A DNA stretch of 64,000 bases from Heterodontus francisci (GCF_036365525.1 NC_090374.1:14921168-14985167), one strand, 5' to 3'; counted from the first letter of the stretch, positions 1-14,244 are shown. Program-made: numbers and translations. The notes: generated from the letters alone by a model not told the origin.

Positions 1-1735
1 GCTTCTGCAGATTATGAGATGGCAAAAAAGGCTATTCTCACTGTGTATGAGTTAGTCCCTGATGCTTACGGTCAGAAGTTTAGGAACTTACGGAGATTGA
101 CTGGGCAGACATATTTAGAATTTGAGAGGATGAAGCAAATTATTTTTGACCATTGGATACAGGCATTAAAGATAGAAACCACATATGAGAACCTTTGAGA
201 ATTGATTCTCTTAGAAGACTTTAAAAATGCCATTCCTTCAGTAGTGGGAACTCATATAGATAACCTGAAAGTTTTGAAAGCTAGGCAAGCAGCAGAAATT
301 GCTGATGATTTTGAGCTTGTGAATAAGCCAACCTCTTTTGTCCGTCACCCCCATAAACCTGAGAAGGATAGAAATTGGGAGAGTGAAAGGAAAGCAAGTA
401 GCCGGGGACAAGAAGGAACAGCTGGGAATGCCTCAGGATCACCTCCTCAGGTCAGAAAGGAAGGTGCTGAGGATAGAAGTGAGGTTCGCAAGCCAATGTG
501 TTATCATTGTAACAAAACGGGCCATGTTCGTTCAGAGTGCTGGAAATAGTGAGGTAAACCCATAGGATCTGTTGGGGTATGCAAAGTTAGTGCACAGGAA
601 AAGACTCCGACTGAGAGTATAGCAGACCAGGCTATAGCTTTGATGACAGCTATGAAACCAGATATTAGAACGAAAAGAGTGTAGAGGTTAAGAATAAAAT
701 ACCTGAGAGTTACAATGAATTTCTGTCAAAGGGGTGAGTAACTCCTGTAAGTGAGACAGGAAAACCTATCATTATACTCAGCGACACAGGAGCAACCTAA
801 TCGCTCTTGCTAGAGAAAGATATAAGGGTTCCACCAGAGAGTGCCTTGAACCCTAAAGTTTTACTTAATGGAATTGGCGGGGTGTATATACGCATATCTT
901 TGTATAAAGTATGCCTAGAGAGTGACTTAATATCTGAGATAGTTACTGTAGGTGTTGTCCATAGTTTACCAGTGAAGGGAACTGATCTACTCCGAGGAAA
1001 TGATTTCTGGATCAACAGTATCAGTGTCTCCTAAAGTTACAGAGAAACCAAGTGAAATTAAGGAAATGGAGCAATTACTGGAACAATTTTTCGTGGATAT
1101 TTCCTGCGTGTATAGTTACCCGAGCAATGGCTAAACAGGATCCATTGTTGGAGGTAAAAGGGGCACCACAAATAGATAGCCAAGTATCTGAAACCCTTAT
1201 TTGGGGATTTAGATAATCCAAATGAGTTGTTTAACAGATCGTCTATCATTGCAGCACAGCAAGCTGATCCAGAGATATACCGAATAGCACAGAGAGTTCT
1301 GTCAGAAGCTGAGGAGACAGGAGTCCCAGAAGGCTGTTATATGGCAAACGGGGTTTTGAGGAGGAAATGGAGACCGCCTCATAGGCCTGCAGACAAAGGC
1401 TGGACAGTTGTTGAACAGATAGTAGTACGACCTAAATATCGCCAAGGATTATTAAGGTTAGCACACGACATTCCTTTTGCAGGACATAGGGGAATTTGAA
1501 AGACCAAATCACACATAAGCCTGGTCAGGTTTTACAAAGGATGTGAGACAATTTTGTAGGACATGCCATACCTGTCAAATGGTGGGAAAACCACAACCTA
1601 CCATAAAACCAGCACCGCTAGTTCCCACATCAGTGATTGAGGAACCATTTAGCAGCGTGTTAGTAGATTGTGTAGGAACCTTGCCAAAAACAAAAGCAGG
1701 GCATCAATACATACTTAATATCATGGATATGGTAA
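1..1735 (+). mobile_element. Degenerate Gmr1-like (Ty3/Gypsy) LTR retrotransposon internal region: gag, protease, integrase N-terminus
   Basis: Gag with SCAN-like segment (YELVPDAYGQKFRNL...LILLEDFKN) and zinc knuckle CYHCNKTGHVRSEC. Protease DTG motif at about 783-791. HHCC integrase zinc finger (HDIPFAGH...CRTCHTC) follows the protease directly, the PR-INT order of Gmr1-like elements. Many stops and frameshifts. Confidence 0.85.
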
Positions 1736-1782
1736 CAGTGGGAATGTGAGTTGTGAGGGGATGCAAAGAAGCATCAAGGGGA

Positions 1783-3125
1783 TTACTCTCAATCATCAGT
1801 AAAGTGATGGAAGGTGTCATCAACAGTGCCATCAAGCGGCACTTGCTTAGCAATAAGCTGCTCAGTGACGCTCAGTTTGGGTTCTGCCACAGCGACTCAG
1901 CTCCTGACCTCATTACAGCCTTGGTTCAAACGTGGACAAAAGAGCTGAACTCAAGGTGTGAGGTGAGAGTGACTGCCCTTGACATTAAGACAGCATTTGA
2001 CCGAGTATGGCATCAAGGAGCCCAAGCAAAACTGAGGTCAATGGGAATCAGGGGGAAAGTCCTCTGCTGGTTGGAGTCATAACTAGCGCAAGGTAAGATG
2101 GTTGTGGTTGTTGGAGGTCAATGACCTGAGCTCCAGGACATCACTGCAGGAGTTCCTCAGGATAGTGTCCTCGGCCCAACCATCATCAGCTGCTTCATCA
2201 ATGACCTTCCTTCAATCATAAGGTCAGAATTGGGGATGTTCGCTGATGATTGCACAATGTTCAGTAGCATTTGTGACTCATCAGATACTGAAGCAGTCTG
2301 TGTGGAAATGCAGCAAGACCTGGACAATATCCAGGCTTGGGCTGATAAGTGGCAAGTAACATTTGCGCCACACAAGTGCCAGGCAACGACCATCTCCAAC
2401 AAGAGAGAATCTAACCATCTCCCCTTGACATTCAATGGCATTACCATCGTTGAATCCCCCACTATCAACATCCTAGGGCTACCATTGACCAGAAACTGAA
2501 CTGGAGTAGCCATATAAATACTGTGGCTACAAGAGCAGGTCAGAGGTAGGGAATTCTGAGGCGAGTAACTCACCTCCTGACTCCCCAAAGCCTGTCCACA
2601 ATCTACAAGGCACAAGTCAGGAGTGTGATGGGATACTCTCCACTTGTCTGGATGGGTGCAGCTCCAACAACACTCAAGAAGTTCGACAACAGGACAAAGC
2701 AGCCCACTTGATTGGCACCCCATCTACAAACATTCACTCCCTCCACCACCGACGCACAGTGGCAGCTGTGTGTACCATCTACAAGATGCACTGCAGCAAC
2801 GCACCAAGGATCCTTAGACAGCACCTTCCAAACCCGTGAGTTCTACCAACTAGAAGGACAAGGGCAGCAAATGCATGGGAACACCACCACCTGCAAGTTC
2901 GCTTCCAAGTCACACACCATCCTGACTTGGAACTATGTCGCCGTTCCTTCACTGTCGTTGGGTCAAAATCCTGGAACTCCCTTCCTAACAGCACTGTGGG
3001 TGTACCTAGCCCACATGGACTGCAGCGGTTCAAGAAGGCAGCTCACCACCACCTTCTCAAGGGCAATTAGGGATGGGCAATAAATGCTGGCCTGGCCAGT
3101 GACGCCCACATCCCATGAATGAATT
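1783..3125 (+). mobile_element. 5'-truncated non-LTR retrotransposon (CR1/L2 group): RT C-terminus and 3'UTR
   Basis: QFGF...ALDIKTAFDRVWH, GVPQDSVLGP and FADD motifs. The 3' tail gggcaattagggatgggcaataaatgctggcc is shared with other copies in the window. Confidence 0.85.
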
Positions 3126-3139
3126 AAAGAAAAGACAGG

Positions 3140-4405
3140 CCAAGTGAGTTGGCAGGAACATGGCAGATGGAATATAACGTGGAAAAATGTGGGCCGGAAT
3201 TTGAGGTTGGGTGGGAGGCTCCACCCACCATCCATAACGTCAGGGGCAAGCCCGCCTTCGCCAGGCCTGGGAGCAACACCAAGATCATATGTCCCCCAGG
3301 CCCTAAGTTGGCCTTAGGTGGGACTTCTGCCAATCAGTGGGCCAGCAGCTCTCAGTACCAGCAGCGCTACTGCTGGAACTCCACCAAGATTCGGCAGCAA
3401 GAGGGACGCCGGTCCCGGATAAAGGTTTGTGAGGCTTCACCAGGGACAATTGTCTTGGCTGTTTCACGCCGCCACTGCCCCTGGTAAATTTGTAGTGGAG
3501 TCGGCAAGGCGTCGGGAATGGCACAGCGTGCCTCCCACTCAATTTTACAACTCCCCCCCACCCATGCCACTAGCCCACTCCTGTAGGAGGTGTAAAATTC
3601 CAGCTGTGAAGTTATTCACTTTGCTGGGAAGAACAGAAATGCAGAGTATTTCTTAAATGGTGAGAGATTGGGAAGTGTTGATGTCCAAAGGGACCTGGGT
3701 GTCCTTGTTCATAAGTCACTGAAAGCTAACCTGCAGGTGCAGCAAGCAATTAGGAAGGCAAATGCTATGTTGGACTTTATTGTAAGAGGATGTGAGTAGA
3801 GGAGTAAAGGAGTCTTGCTGCAATTGTGTAGAGCCTTGGTGAGACTGCACCTGGAGTATTGTGTATAGTTTTGGTCTCCTTACCTAAGGAAGGATATACT
3901 TTCCATACAGGGAGTGTAATAGCGGTTTGCCAGACTGATCCTTGGGATGGTCGGATTGAGGAGACTGGGCCTATATTCTCTAGAATTTAGAAGAATGAGT
4001 GGTGATCTCACTGAAGCATACAAAATTCTTACAGGGCTCGACAGGGTTCTTGCAGGTAAGATGTTTCCCCTGGCTTGAGGCGTCTAGAACCAGGGGACAC
4101 AGACTCAGAATAAGAGATAGGCCATTTAGGACTGAGATGAGAAGGAATTTCTTCATGCAGAGTCTGGTGTATCTGTTGAATTCTCTACCACAGAGGGCTA
4201 TTGAGGCTCAGTCATTGAGTATGTCCAAGGAAAAGACTGATAGATTTCTAGACATTAAAGATGTCAAGGGATATGGGGATAGTGCAGGAAAAGGGTGTTG
4301 AAGTGGAAGATCAGCCATGATCAAGTTGATTAGTGGAACAGGCTCAAGGGGCTGAATGGCCGACTCCTGCTCCTAGTTCTTATGATCCTATGTTTCCAAG
4401 TTCCT
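3140..4405 (+). mobile_element. CR1 LINE 3' fragment
   Basis: WQMEYNVEKC..., RTRGHRLRIR...RRNFF...NSLP, and a CR1 3' tail (gctgaatggccgactcctgctcc). Confidence 0.85.
3191..3604. mobile_element. MITE (probably PIF/Harbinger-type) inserted in CR1
   Basis: Termini gggccggaattt / aaaattccagc are inverted repeats. Flanked by tgt/tgt; removing it restores CR1 'aaatgtgaagtt'. Confidence 0.6.
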
Positions 4406-6008
4406 ATGTTCTTTCTGTATTTGTTCTTTCTCTTTGGCCTCATTTGGCTGGTTTAAGACCACTGGGGCTGCTATCACTTTACCTCCAGCCAAATCATCGC
4501 CGAGCTGCAAATCTATTCCGGCCACAGGCAGACAATGAATAATCCCTATTGTAACTGGTCCAGATACTAGTGTAGGTGGATCCAATACAAGAGCACTGAC
4601 ATGTATCCATCTTCAGTGCCTCTTACCAGAACCTTTGCCTTGATTGAGCTGTCTGGTGGAACGGTCATCCTTTTACCCAGCATTAAGGAGTGAGTGGCCA
4701 ATGAATCTCAGAGCAGAACAATGGATTTTCCTGTCTCATTAGAGGGATATGGGACACCTTTCCCTTTCAAACAAAATCCTGATAACCTTCAGGAATCTTT
4801 TCTACTTCTGCTACATCTGGGACAGTATTCTTTGAGGAGTGTATTACAGTGGTTTGGGTCACAGGCTTGTCTGCCTTGTTGCCTACTTGGGCTCCTTTTC
4901 CAACTCAGCTCTGTGAACTCCTACAAAATTTACTGTCTCCCCTTTAAATTCCAGCTTTCACATGCCACGTTTTACTGCAATGGAAACACACAGGTCTGTG
5001 GAAAACATTCCTGCCCTTTGCACTTTATTTCCTTACTGGTGCAGGTCTTCTTGCATTCTCACTTTTGGTTCCCTTTTCACCAGCACCCCATCTTTTATTA
5101 TTATTAATCCACTTTCTGTCCTTCCCAGAACTCTTGCGATTATTATAGATGGGTTTTCCATGAAAAAGGATTTTTGAGTAAGCACATAATCATCTGCCAT
5201 TTCAGCAGCTTCTCTTACCCTTGTAATTCTTTGCTCCTCCATATGAGTCTTTATGTTGAGGGGGATGCTATTTTTAAATCCTTCTCGTAAAATTATTTCT
5301 CTCAAATTTCCATTTGAGATTCTAACTTGAGAGATCGGATCCTGTGAACGAAAGCCATGAGTTTAATTCTTTCAAATTCAATAAAGGTTTGGGCAGGTTT
5401 TTTCCTAGCATTTCAAACCTGCGGCTGATAGGCACGTATGCATTTAAGATCGCAGTTTTAGTCTGTTCTTAATCAGAGGAGCTTTCTTCTGATAACATGG
5501 AATGAACTTCACAAGCTCTACCCACCAATTCATCTTGTACGAGGAGGGTCCAATATTCTTTTGGCCATCCTAGTCTGTATCTATTTTTTCAAAGAAGATA
5601 AAATGGAGCTCGACCTCTTCCTTATTACATTTTGGCACAAATTGTGAGTATCTTAAAACAGCAAAGTTACTTTGCGAATTGTGGATCTAGTTTGAGTGGC
5701 TGGTTGCATTCTCACCTTGTACTTGCAGCCTTTCTAACTCAAACTTTCTCACCGCTTCCTGCCTTTCCTTTTGAAGTTGAAACTCTTCTTCCTCTTTTTC
5801 CTTTTGAAGTTGAAACCCTTTCCTCTTTTCTCAAGTGCAACTCCTCCCTCTCTTTCTGAATTCTAGCTAGGGCCCTGTTTTCAGTATCAGATCCCATGGT
5901 TGCTTCTCCTGGTTCTGGGTTAAAATTAAAATGGCTCACTAGATTCTTCAACATTTTAGGTTTCTTTGTTTTTTGTTTGAAAGTGACTCCCACCTGGGCA
6001 GCTCAGGT
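4405..6008 (-). mobile_element. Gmr1-like LTR retrotransposon (host element): gag-protease remnant
   Basis: Minus-strand frames EIILREGFKNSIP...VREAAEMADDY and post-protease GIIHCLPVAGIDL..GDDLAG, homologous to the element at 1-1735. Confidence 0.8.
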
Positions 6009-7061
6009 TGTTACGACCAGGCGAGGAAGGGATCTCAGGCTCCTCTTTCGCCTCTTCTCTGGGTTGACCACAACAGGGTTTATCTTTTTTTAACACAGTG
6101 ATTTAACTGACCACCTCAGTGAACAATTGCTCCAGTTTTCCTAATATAATTGCAAATGAACCAACAAGACAGGTATTTTTGAGTGTAAACAAGAAAGATG
6201 TAAGTTTATTAACCTTATCACTCTAAACCGGTTAATATTACTAAAATACACTGCGCCTCCATGCCCATATTCACACAAGAGCCACACACACACACACACA
6301 CACAAATAAATTACAGAGGGAAAAGCAAATTTTGGGAGGTTGGAGTAGAATCCTTAATAAATGCAGTTTAAATACTGAATCTCAGTCCCAGAGTCTTTAG
6401 TTGAAATTGTAGTCCTGAAGTCTTCGCTGGGCCATATGCACGGGTCGGGCTGGCTTCTCAGGTTCTGGAAGGCAGGAGAGGGACTTTATCCTTGTCCCCT
6501 GGTTGCTGACTGTAAGGATCTGTAAACTTGTCTTCCACCAGCGTCAGCTTGAGGCTTCTCAGGATCTGTACTGGAGAGAGAGAGAGAGAGATGCTGTTCC
6601 CTAGCTAGATCCCAGTTACTGTCTGGCTTCTGAGTCACCACTCACAAATCTCCTGAGTGGGCCAAGCAGTCATGTGATGTGACCACCTCTTTGTGTTTGA
6701 ATCAGCATCTTCCGGAATGATCTTTGAAATTTTCCCCCGAGCTGTTCAGACATACTTGATAGTGGGAGGTTTGGCTCTTTCAATGTCAATGGATGTCGAT
6801 GGCTTTTGACGACCCCCATTGATAAGGTTATCCCAGATAAATGAATCGGAGAGCATCCCATTGACCTGGCTCGACTGAGTAATCACATCTGTCTCCGGCC
6901 TGATTCTTTGGTGTTTTCATATGCAAATTGTGCGTGGCCAGCTTGGCTGCCAGCTGTTGCGTTTTCAAAAGTTATTTGTAACAATGTCCAGTACAAGTCT
7001 CAGGCAAAGTTCCATATGATGAAATTAATATTTCCATTTGGCATGTGGGGCTTCCGTCACA
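6009..7061 (-). repeat. 3' LTR of the nested element
   Basis: tgttacgacc...ccgtcaca, collinear with 13048-14244. Contains (CA)n and (GA)n tracts. Confidence 0.9.
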
Positions 7062-7249
7062 CCTCTGGACCATGCCGAATGAAATGTGACAATGGATGCA
7101 TTTCATTATAGGAGTTAAAAAAAAGAGAAAACACTGGAAAACACACATGCATTTTTTCATTCACTCTCATCCACTCTGTCATCCACTCAGAAATCTTAAT
7201 ATTGTTGCAGCTTGTCCTTTTTTCCTCTGAAGCAGCAGTGTTGATTTCA

Positions 7250-10200
7250 CAGAATCACAGAATCGTTACAGTGCAGAAGGAGGCCATTGTCTCCGCACTG
7301 GCTCTCTGAAAGAGCAATTTCCTCAGTTCCATTCCCCTGCCTTCTCTCCATAACCTTGCACATTCTTCCTTTTCATATAACTGTCTAATTCCCTTTTGAA
7401 TGCTTCAATTGAACCTGCCTCCACCACATTCTCAGGCAGTGCATTCCAGACCTTAACCACTTGCTGCAGGAAAAAGTTTTTCCTCATGTCACTTTTGCTT
7501 CTCTTACCAAATACTTTAAATCTGTGCCTTCTCATTCTCAATCCTTTCATGAGTGGGAACAGTTTTTCTCTAGCTACTCTTTCCAGACCCTTCATGATTA
7601 TGAATACCTCTATCAAATCACCTCTCAGCCTTCTCTTCTCCAAGGAAAACAGTCCTAACTTCTCCAATCTATCTTCATAACTGAAATTCCTCATCCCTGG
7701 AACCATTCTGGTGAATCTTTTCTGTACTCTCTCCAATGCCCTCACATCTTTCCTCAAGTGCGGTGCCCAGAATTCAACGCAATACTCCAGCTGAGGACAA
7801 TCTAGTGTCTTATACAAGTTCAACAAAACTTCCTTGCTCTTGTACTCTATGCCCTTATTAATAAAGCCCCAGACTCTCAACCTGCCACCTTCAATGACTT
7901 ATGCACGTATATACCTAGGTCCCTCTGCTCTTGCACCCCCTTTAGAATTGTACCCTTTATTCTATATTGCCTCTCCATGTTCTTCCTACCAAAATGAATC
8001 ACTTCACATTTCTCAGCATTGAACTTCATCTGCCACCTGTCTTCCCCTGCCACCAACTTGTCTATGTCCTTTTGTAGTTCTACACTATCCTCCTCACAGT
8101 TCACAATGTTTTGTATCATCTGCAAACTTTGAAATTGTGCCCTGTACACCAAGGTCTAGGTCATTAATATACATCAGGAAAAGCAAGGGTCCCAACACTG
8201 ATCCCTGGGGAACTCCACTACAAACATTCCTGCAGTCCGAAAAACATCCATTAACCACTGCTCTTTGTTTCCTGTTACTCAGCCAATTCCGTATCCATGT
8301 TGTTACTGTCCTGCTTATTCCATGAGCTACAGGTTTGTTCACAAGTCTGTTATGTGGCACTGTATCAAACGCATTTTGAAAGTCCATGTACACTACATCA
8401 ACAGCATTGCCCTCATCAACCCTCTCTGTTACCTCCTCAAAAAACTCGAGCAAATTAGTTAAACATGATTTTCCATTAAGAAATCCATGCTGGTTTTCCT
8501 TAATTAACTCGTATTTGTCCATGTGACTATTGATTTTGTCCCAAATTATTTTTCCTAGAAGTTTTCCCACCGCTGAAGTCAAACTGGCTGGCCTGTAGTT
8601 GCTGGGCTTATCTTTACACCCTTTTTTGAACAAGGGAGTAATGTTTGCAATTCTCCAGACCTCTGGCACCACTCTCGAGTATAAGGAAGACTGAAAAATT
8701 ATGGCCAGTGCCTCTGCGATTTCCACTGTCACTTCCCTCAATATCCTTGGATGCATCTCATCTGGTCCTGGTGCTTTATCCTCTTTAAGTACAGACAGCC
8801 TATCTAATACTTCCTCATTGTCAATTTTAAACCCTCTAGTATCTGACTTGCCTCCTCTTTCAACAATGCTTAGGTTGCATCTTCTTCCTTGGTAATGACA
8901 GATACAAATTTAATACCTCAGCTATGCCCTTTAACTCCATGTGTAAATCCCCTTTCTGGTCCCTAATAGTCCCCACTCCTCCTTTTACCACCCTTTTACT
9001 ATTTATATTCCTATAGAAAACTTTGGGATTCCCTTTAATGCTAGTTGCCAGTCTCTTTTCATGCTCTCTCTTTGCTTCTCTTATTTGATTTTTCACTTCC
9101 CCTCTGGACATTTTATATTTAGCCTGGTTCTCAATAGTATTTTCTACCTGGCATCTGTCACAAGCACACTTTTTCTTCTTTATATTAATCTTTACCTCTT
9201 TTGTCATCCAGGGAGCTCTGGATTTGTTTGCCCTACTTTTCCCCATTGTCATCGACCGGTTTTCCTCCCAGCTTTTAACTCTAATTTATTCGCCCAACTC
9301 CATTCTTCTCCCATTGAAGTTGATTATTCTTACTCTGGATTGCTGTTTGTCCTTTTCCATAGTCAGCCTAAACCTTATGATCCAATGATCACTATCCCCT
9401 AAATGCTCTCCTACTGATACTTGATCCAATCGGCCCACCTCATTCCCAAGAACCAGGTCTAGCAGTGCCTCCTTTCTTGTTGGACTAGCAACATACTGTT
9501 GTAAAACATTTTCGTGAACACACTCTAGGAACTCTTGCCCGTCACTGACCTTTACACTCCTATTATCCCAGTCTATGTTTGGATAATTAAAGACCCCCAT
9601 TATAACTACCCGATAATTTTTGCAGCTCACTGGAATTTTCTTGCAAATTTGTTCCTCCACGTCCTTCCCACTAGCTGGTGGCCTGTAGATAACACTGAGC
9701 AATGTAACTGTATCTTTTTTCTTCCTTAGCTCTAGCCAAATTGATTTTGTCCTCGACCCCTCTGGGACATCCTTTTTCTCCAGCACTGCAACAGTTTCCT
9801 TCAACAATACCGCCACTCCTCCCCCTTTTTCCCTTTCTTACCTTTCCTGAACACCTTGTATCCAGGAATATTCAACACCCAGTCCAGCCCTTCTTTGAGC
9901 CTGGTCTCTGTTCAAGCCTCAACATCACATTTCCACAAGGCAATCTGCACCTGTACCTCACTGGTCTTATTACCCACAGTCCATGCATTCACATACATGC
10001 ACATTAACCCTGATTCAGACTTTATTACTTTCTCCCTTACGCTGACCCCACCTAATAATTTACTATTCCCGACTCCGAGTCGTGGATAGTGATGAGGATT
10101 GTCAGAGGATACAGCAGGATAGAGATCGGTTGGAGACTTGGGCGGAGAAATGGCAGATGGAGTTTAATCCGGACAAATGTGAGGTAATGCATTTTGGAAG

Positions 10201-11820
10201 ATCTGATACAGGTGGGAAGTATACAGTAAATGGCAGAACCCTCAGGAGTATTGACAGGCAGAGAGATCTGGGCGTACAGGTCCACAGATCACTGAAAGTA
10301 GCAACGCAGGTGGATAAGGTAATCAAGAAGGCATACGGCATGCTTGCTTTCATCGGTCGGGGCATAGAGTATAAAAATTGGCAAGTCATGCTGCAGCTGT
10401 ACAGAACCTTAGTTAGGCCACACTAGGAATATTGCGTACAATTCTGGTCACCACACTACCAGAAGGAAGTGGAGGCTTTGGAGATGGTACAGAAGAGGTT
10501 TACCAGGATGTTGCCTGGTCTGGAGGGCATTAGCTATGAGGAGAGGCTGGATAAACACGGATTGTTTTCACTGGAATGACGGAGGTGGAGGGGCGACATG
10601 ATAGAGGTTTACAAAGTTATGAGTGGCATGGACAGAGTGGACAGTCAGAAGCTTTTTCCCAGGGTGGAAGAGTCAGTTACTAGGGGACATAGGTTTAAGG
10701 TGCGAGGTGCAAAGTTTAGAGGGAATGTGCGAGGCAAGTTCTTTACACAGAGGGTGGTGAGTGCCTGGAACTTGCTGCCAGGGGAGGTGGTGGAAGCAGA
10801 TACGATAGCGACGTTTAAGAGGCGTCTTGACAAATACATAAATAGGATGGGAATAGAGGGATACGGTCCCCGGAAGAGCAGAAGGTTTTAGTTTAGGCAG
10901 GCATCAAGATCAGCGCAGGCTTGGAGGGCCGAATGGCCTGTTCCTGTGCTGTACTGTTCTTTGTTTTTTGTACTCTTGTTCTATCTATCTCCCCCAGTAT
11001 TCTGTGCTCCTTGGTTTTCCTCTCTGATACTTGCTCCTGGTTCACACACCCCTGACAAGTTACCAGTTTTGCTTCCCTGCAATCTGAGCTCCCTCTCAGG
11101 TTCCCACCCCCTGACAATTTAGTTTAAACCTTCCCCCAACAGCACTGGCAAATCTCCCTGCAAGGATATTCGTCCGTCTTGCTCAGATGCAACCCGTCCA
11201 TCTTGTACAGGTCCCACCTGCCCCAGAACAGGTCCCAATGCCTCAGAAATCTGATGCGTTCCCTTCTACACCAGTTCTTCAGCCACATGTTCAATTGCTC
11301 AATTCTACTATTCCTCTGCTCACTTGCATATGGGACTGGGAGTAATCCTGAGATTACTGCTTTTGAGGTCCTGCTTTTTAGTCTCCTTCCTAGCTCCCTA
11401 AAATCTGCTTTCAGGACCTCATCCCCCTTCTTAACTATGTCATTGGTACCAATGTGGACCACGGCCTCTGGCTGTTCACCCTCCCCCAGAAGAATGTCCT
11501 GCAGCCGCTCCGTGACATCCTTGACCCTAACACCAGGGGAGGCAACACACCACCCTGGAGTCATGTTTACTGCCATAGAAACGCCTCTCTGTTCCCCTAA
11601 CTAATGAATCCCCTATCACTACTGCTCTTCCACTCTTCGTCCCCCCATTCTGTGCAGCTGAGCCACCTGTGATGCCACAAACTTGGATCTGACTGCCACT
11701 CCTCTGAGGAATCATCACCCTCACTAGTATCCAAAATGGAAAACCGATTAGCGAGTGAGATCATATCAGGGGACTCCTGCACTACCTGCCTGGTTCTCTT
11801 AGATTGCCTGGCGGTCACTC
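7250..11820 (-). mobile_element. Near full-length degenerate CR1 LINE (ORF1 esterase, ORF2 EN-RT)
   Basis: ORF1 SGNH/GDSL-like AVVIGDSLVRG...VVHIGTND. Endonuclease IYRPP...LDLVL...[30 protein letters not shown]1 3' tail near 7250. Confidence 0.9.
10079..10970 (+). mobile_element. 5'-truncated CR1 inserted antisense into the previous CR1
   Basis: WAEKWQMEFNPDKC...TRGHRFK...FFTQRVV, with 3' tail gggccgaatggcctgttcctgtgctgtactgttc. Confidence 0.85.
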
Positions 11821-13047
11821 ATTCTTTGGGGTATGGGGTTACTCTCCCTTTGGACACAATATCCTGATAACATTCAGGGATCTCGTTACATTTTCCTGTA
11901 CCCAGAGCAGACTGTTTCCTGGGACTTACTGCTGTTGCAATTAAAGCCACAGCCTGCTCTGCTGTGCTTTCCATCAGGGTCCCTTTTCCAGCACTGGGCA
12001 GGTGTGCCCTGATTAACCTTATAGGCTTTCCCCTAAGCTGCAACTGGACTCGCTCTGTGCACTTTTTGTTCCTCCACATGGGTCTTTATAGAAAGAGGGA
12101 GAGAGTTTTTCAATTCCTCAAGTAGAATCAACTCTCTGAGGTTTTCATACGTGGGCTGCACTTTAAGGGCCCTTAACCACTGGCCAAAAAACAGCTCCTT
12201 ACTGCTTTCAAACTCGAGGTAAGTTTGATCAGCTTGTTACCGGAGGGTTCGGAATTTCTGGCAGTACGCTTCTGGTACTAGCTCATATGCCCCAATGATA
12301 GCATTTTTAGTCAATTCATAATTTAATGAACCAGCAACAGTGAATAAACCTTTTCCTGTTAGCTTGCTTTGTCGCTGGAGGATCCAGCTCTTGGCCGGCC
12401 ATTTCAACTGTCTCGCAAGCTTTTCAAAAGTTACAAAAATGCTTCCACATCCCCCTCATTGAAACTTGGGATCAATTGGGAGAACTTTATGAGCTCAGCA
12501 CATGGTCCTGAGTTAAGTGCAGTCTCCATATTGGCCATGCTTTCACTGGCCCCACACTGCCCCACCCCACCCCACCCCCAGCTAATTCAAGCCGCCGTAA
12601 CTCCCTATCTTGCTGCTCCTTCTGGAAAATTCTCTCTCTTTCTTCCTGTCTTCCAATTCATGTTTCCTTTGTTCGAATTGTGTCCTAGCTAACATTACCT
12701 TGTCTGAGTCTGACTCCAACCCTGTCTCCGAATCTTCAGGTTCGAGTGAAAACTGGTTGGCCACAAGTCTTAGGATGTCGGATTTCTTACCTCTTGCACG
12801 GAAAGTAATCCCAAACTGCCCAGCCACATTTTTCAACTTTTCCACTTATAGGGCCTTTATCTTATCCCAAGTTACTTCATCCTGGCTTGGGAAAGTACTG
12901 GCCTCGGATGCGGAGATGTTAGTATTCTAGCAACACAAACCACAAGAAAACCTGTATTGATTTTTTTTTTGTTGGGATCAATTTGGTTTCTCACTTCCAA
13001 TTTCTCGTTTGTCTGTGTACAATGCCAGACTAGAGCCCCCAAATTTC

Positions 13048-14244
13048 TGTTACGACCAGGTGAGGAAGGGGTCTCAGACTCCCCTTTTGCCCCTTCTCTG
13101 GGTTGACCACAGCAGGGTTTATCTTTTTTAACAGAGATTTAACTTACCACCTCAGTGAGCGCTTACTCCTGTTCCTCTAATATATTTGCAAATGAACCAA
13201 TCAGACAGGTTTTCTTTCTTGAGTTTAAACAAGAAAGATGTAAGTTTATTAACCTTATCACTCTAAACCGGTTAAAATTACTAAAATACGCTATGCATCC
13301 ATACCCACATTCACACAAGAGNNNNNNNNNNNNNNNNNNNNNNNNNNNNNNNNNNNNNNNNNNNNNNNNNNNNNNNNNNNNNNNNNNNNNNNNNNNNNNN
13401 NNNNNNNNNNNNNNNNNNNNNNNNNNNNNNNNNNNNNNNNNNNNNNNNNNNNNNNNNNNNNNNNNNNNNNNNNNNNNNNNNNNNNNNNNNNNNNNNAAGC
13501 AGAGTTGGGAGGTTGGAATCGAGTCCTTTATAAATGGAATGTAAATACTGAGTCTCAGTCCCAGAGTTTTTAGTTGAAATTGCAGTCCTGAAGATCTCGC
13601 TGGGCCATGTGCACGGGTCAGGCTGGTTACTCAGGTTCTGGAAGGCAGGAGAGAGACTTTATCCTTGTCCCCCGGTTGCTGACTGTAAGGATCTGTAGAC
13701 TTGTCTTCCACCAGACGCAGATTGAGGCTTCTCAGGATCTCTACTAGAGAGAGAGAGAGAGACAGAGATGCTGTTCCCTTGCTGGATCCCAGTGACTGTC
13801 TGACTTCTGAGTCACCAATCACAAATCTCTTGAGTGGGCCAAGCAGTCATGTGATGTGACCACCACTTTATGTCTGAATCAGCATCTTCCGGAATGATCT
13901 TTGAAATTCAGGGCTCTCCTCCTAGCTGTTCAGACATACTTGGCAGGGGAGATTTGACTCTTTCAATGTCAATGGGTGTCGATGGCTTTTGATGACCCCT
14001 CATTGATAAGGTCATCCCAGATAAGTGAATCAGAGAGCACCCCATTGTTCTGACTAGGCTGAGTAATCATATCTGTCTCCAGACTGATTCTTTGGTATTT
14101 CATATGCAAATTGTGCTTGGCCATCTGGGCTGCTAGCTGTTCAGTTTTTAAAAGTTATTTGTAACAATGTCCAGTACAAGTCTCAGGCCAAGTTCCATGC
14201 GATAAAACTAATATTTCCATTTGGCATGTGGGATTTCCATCACA
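13048..14244 (-). repeat. 5' LTR of the nested element (contains an assembly gap at its (CA)n tract)
   Basis: tgttacgacc...ccatcaca, immediately followed on the minus strand by the PBS. Confidence 0.9.

Larger units (their letters stand above)
6009..14244 (-). mobile_element. Nested Gmr1-like LTR retrotransposon with both LTRs; pol largely deleted and replaced by CR1 insertions
   Basis: Paired LTRs, PBS tgggggctc at 13033-13041 (minus), gag remnant at about 11830-12920, and a 4-bp TSD aggt/gggt. Confidence 0.85.

Noticed and set aside
13322-13496. Assembly gap that might hide an exon
   Set aside because: It falls exactly where the sister LTR has a (CA)n tract (about 6283-6303), so it is most likely a microsatellite.
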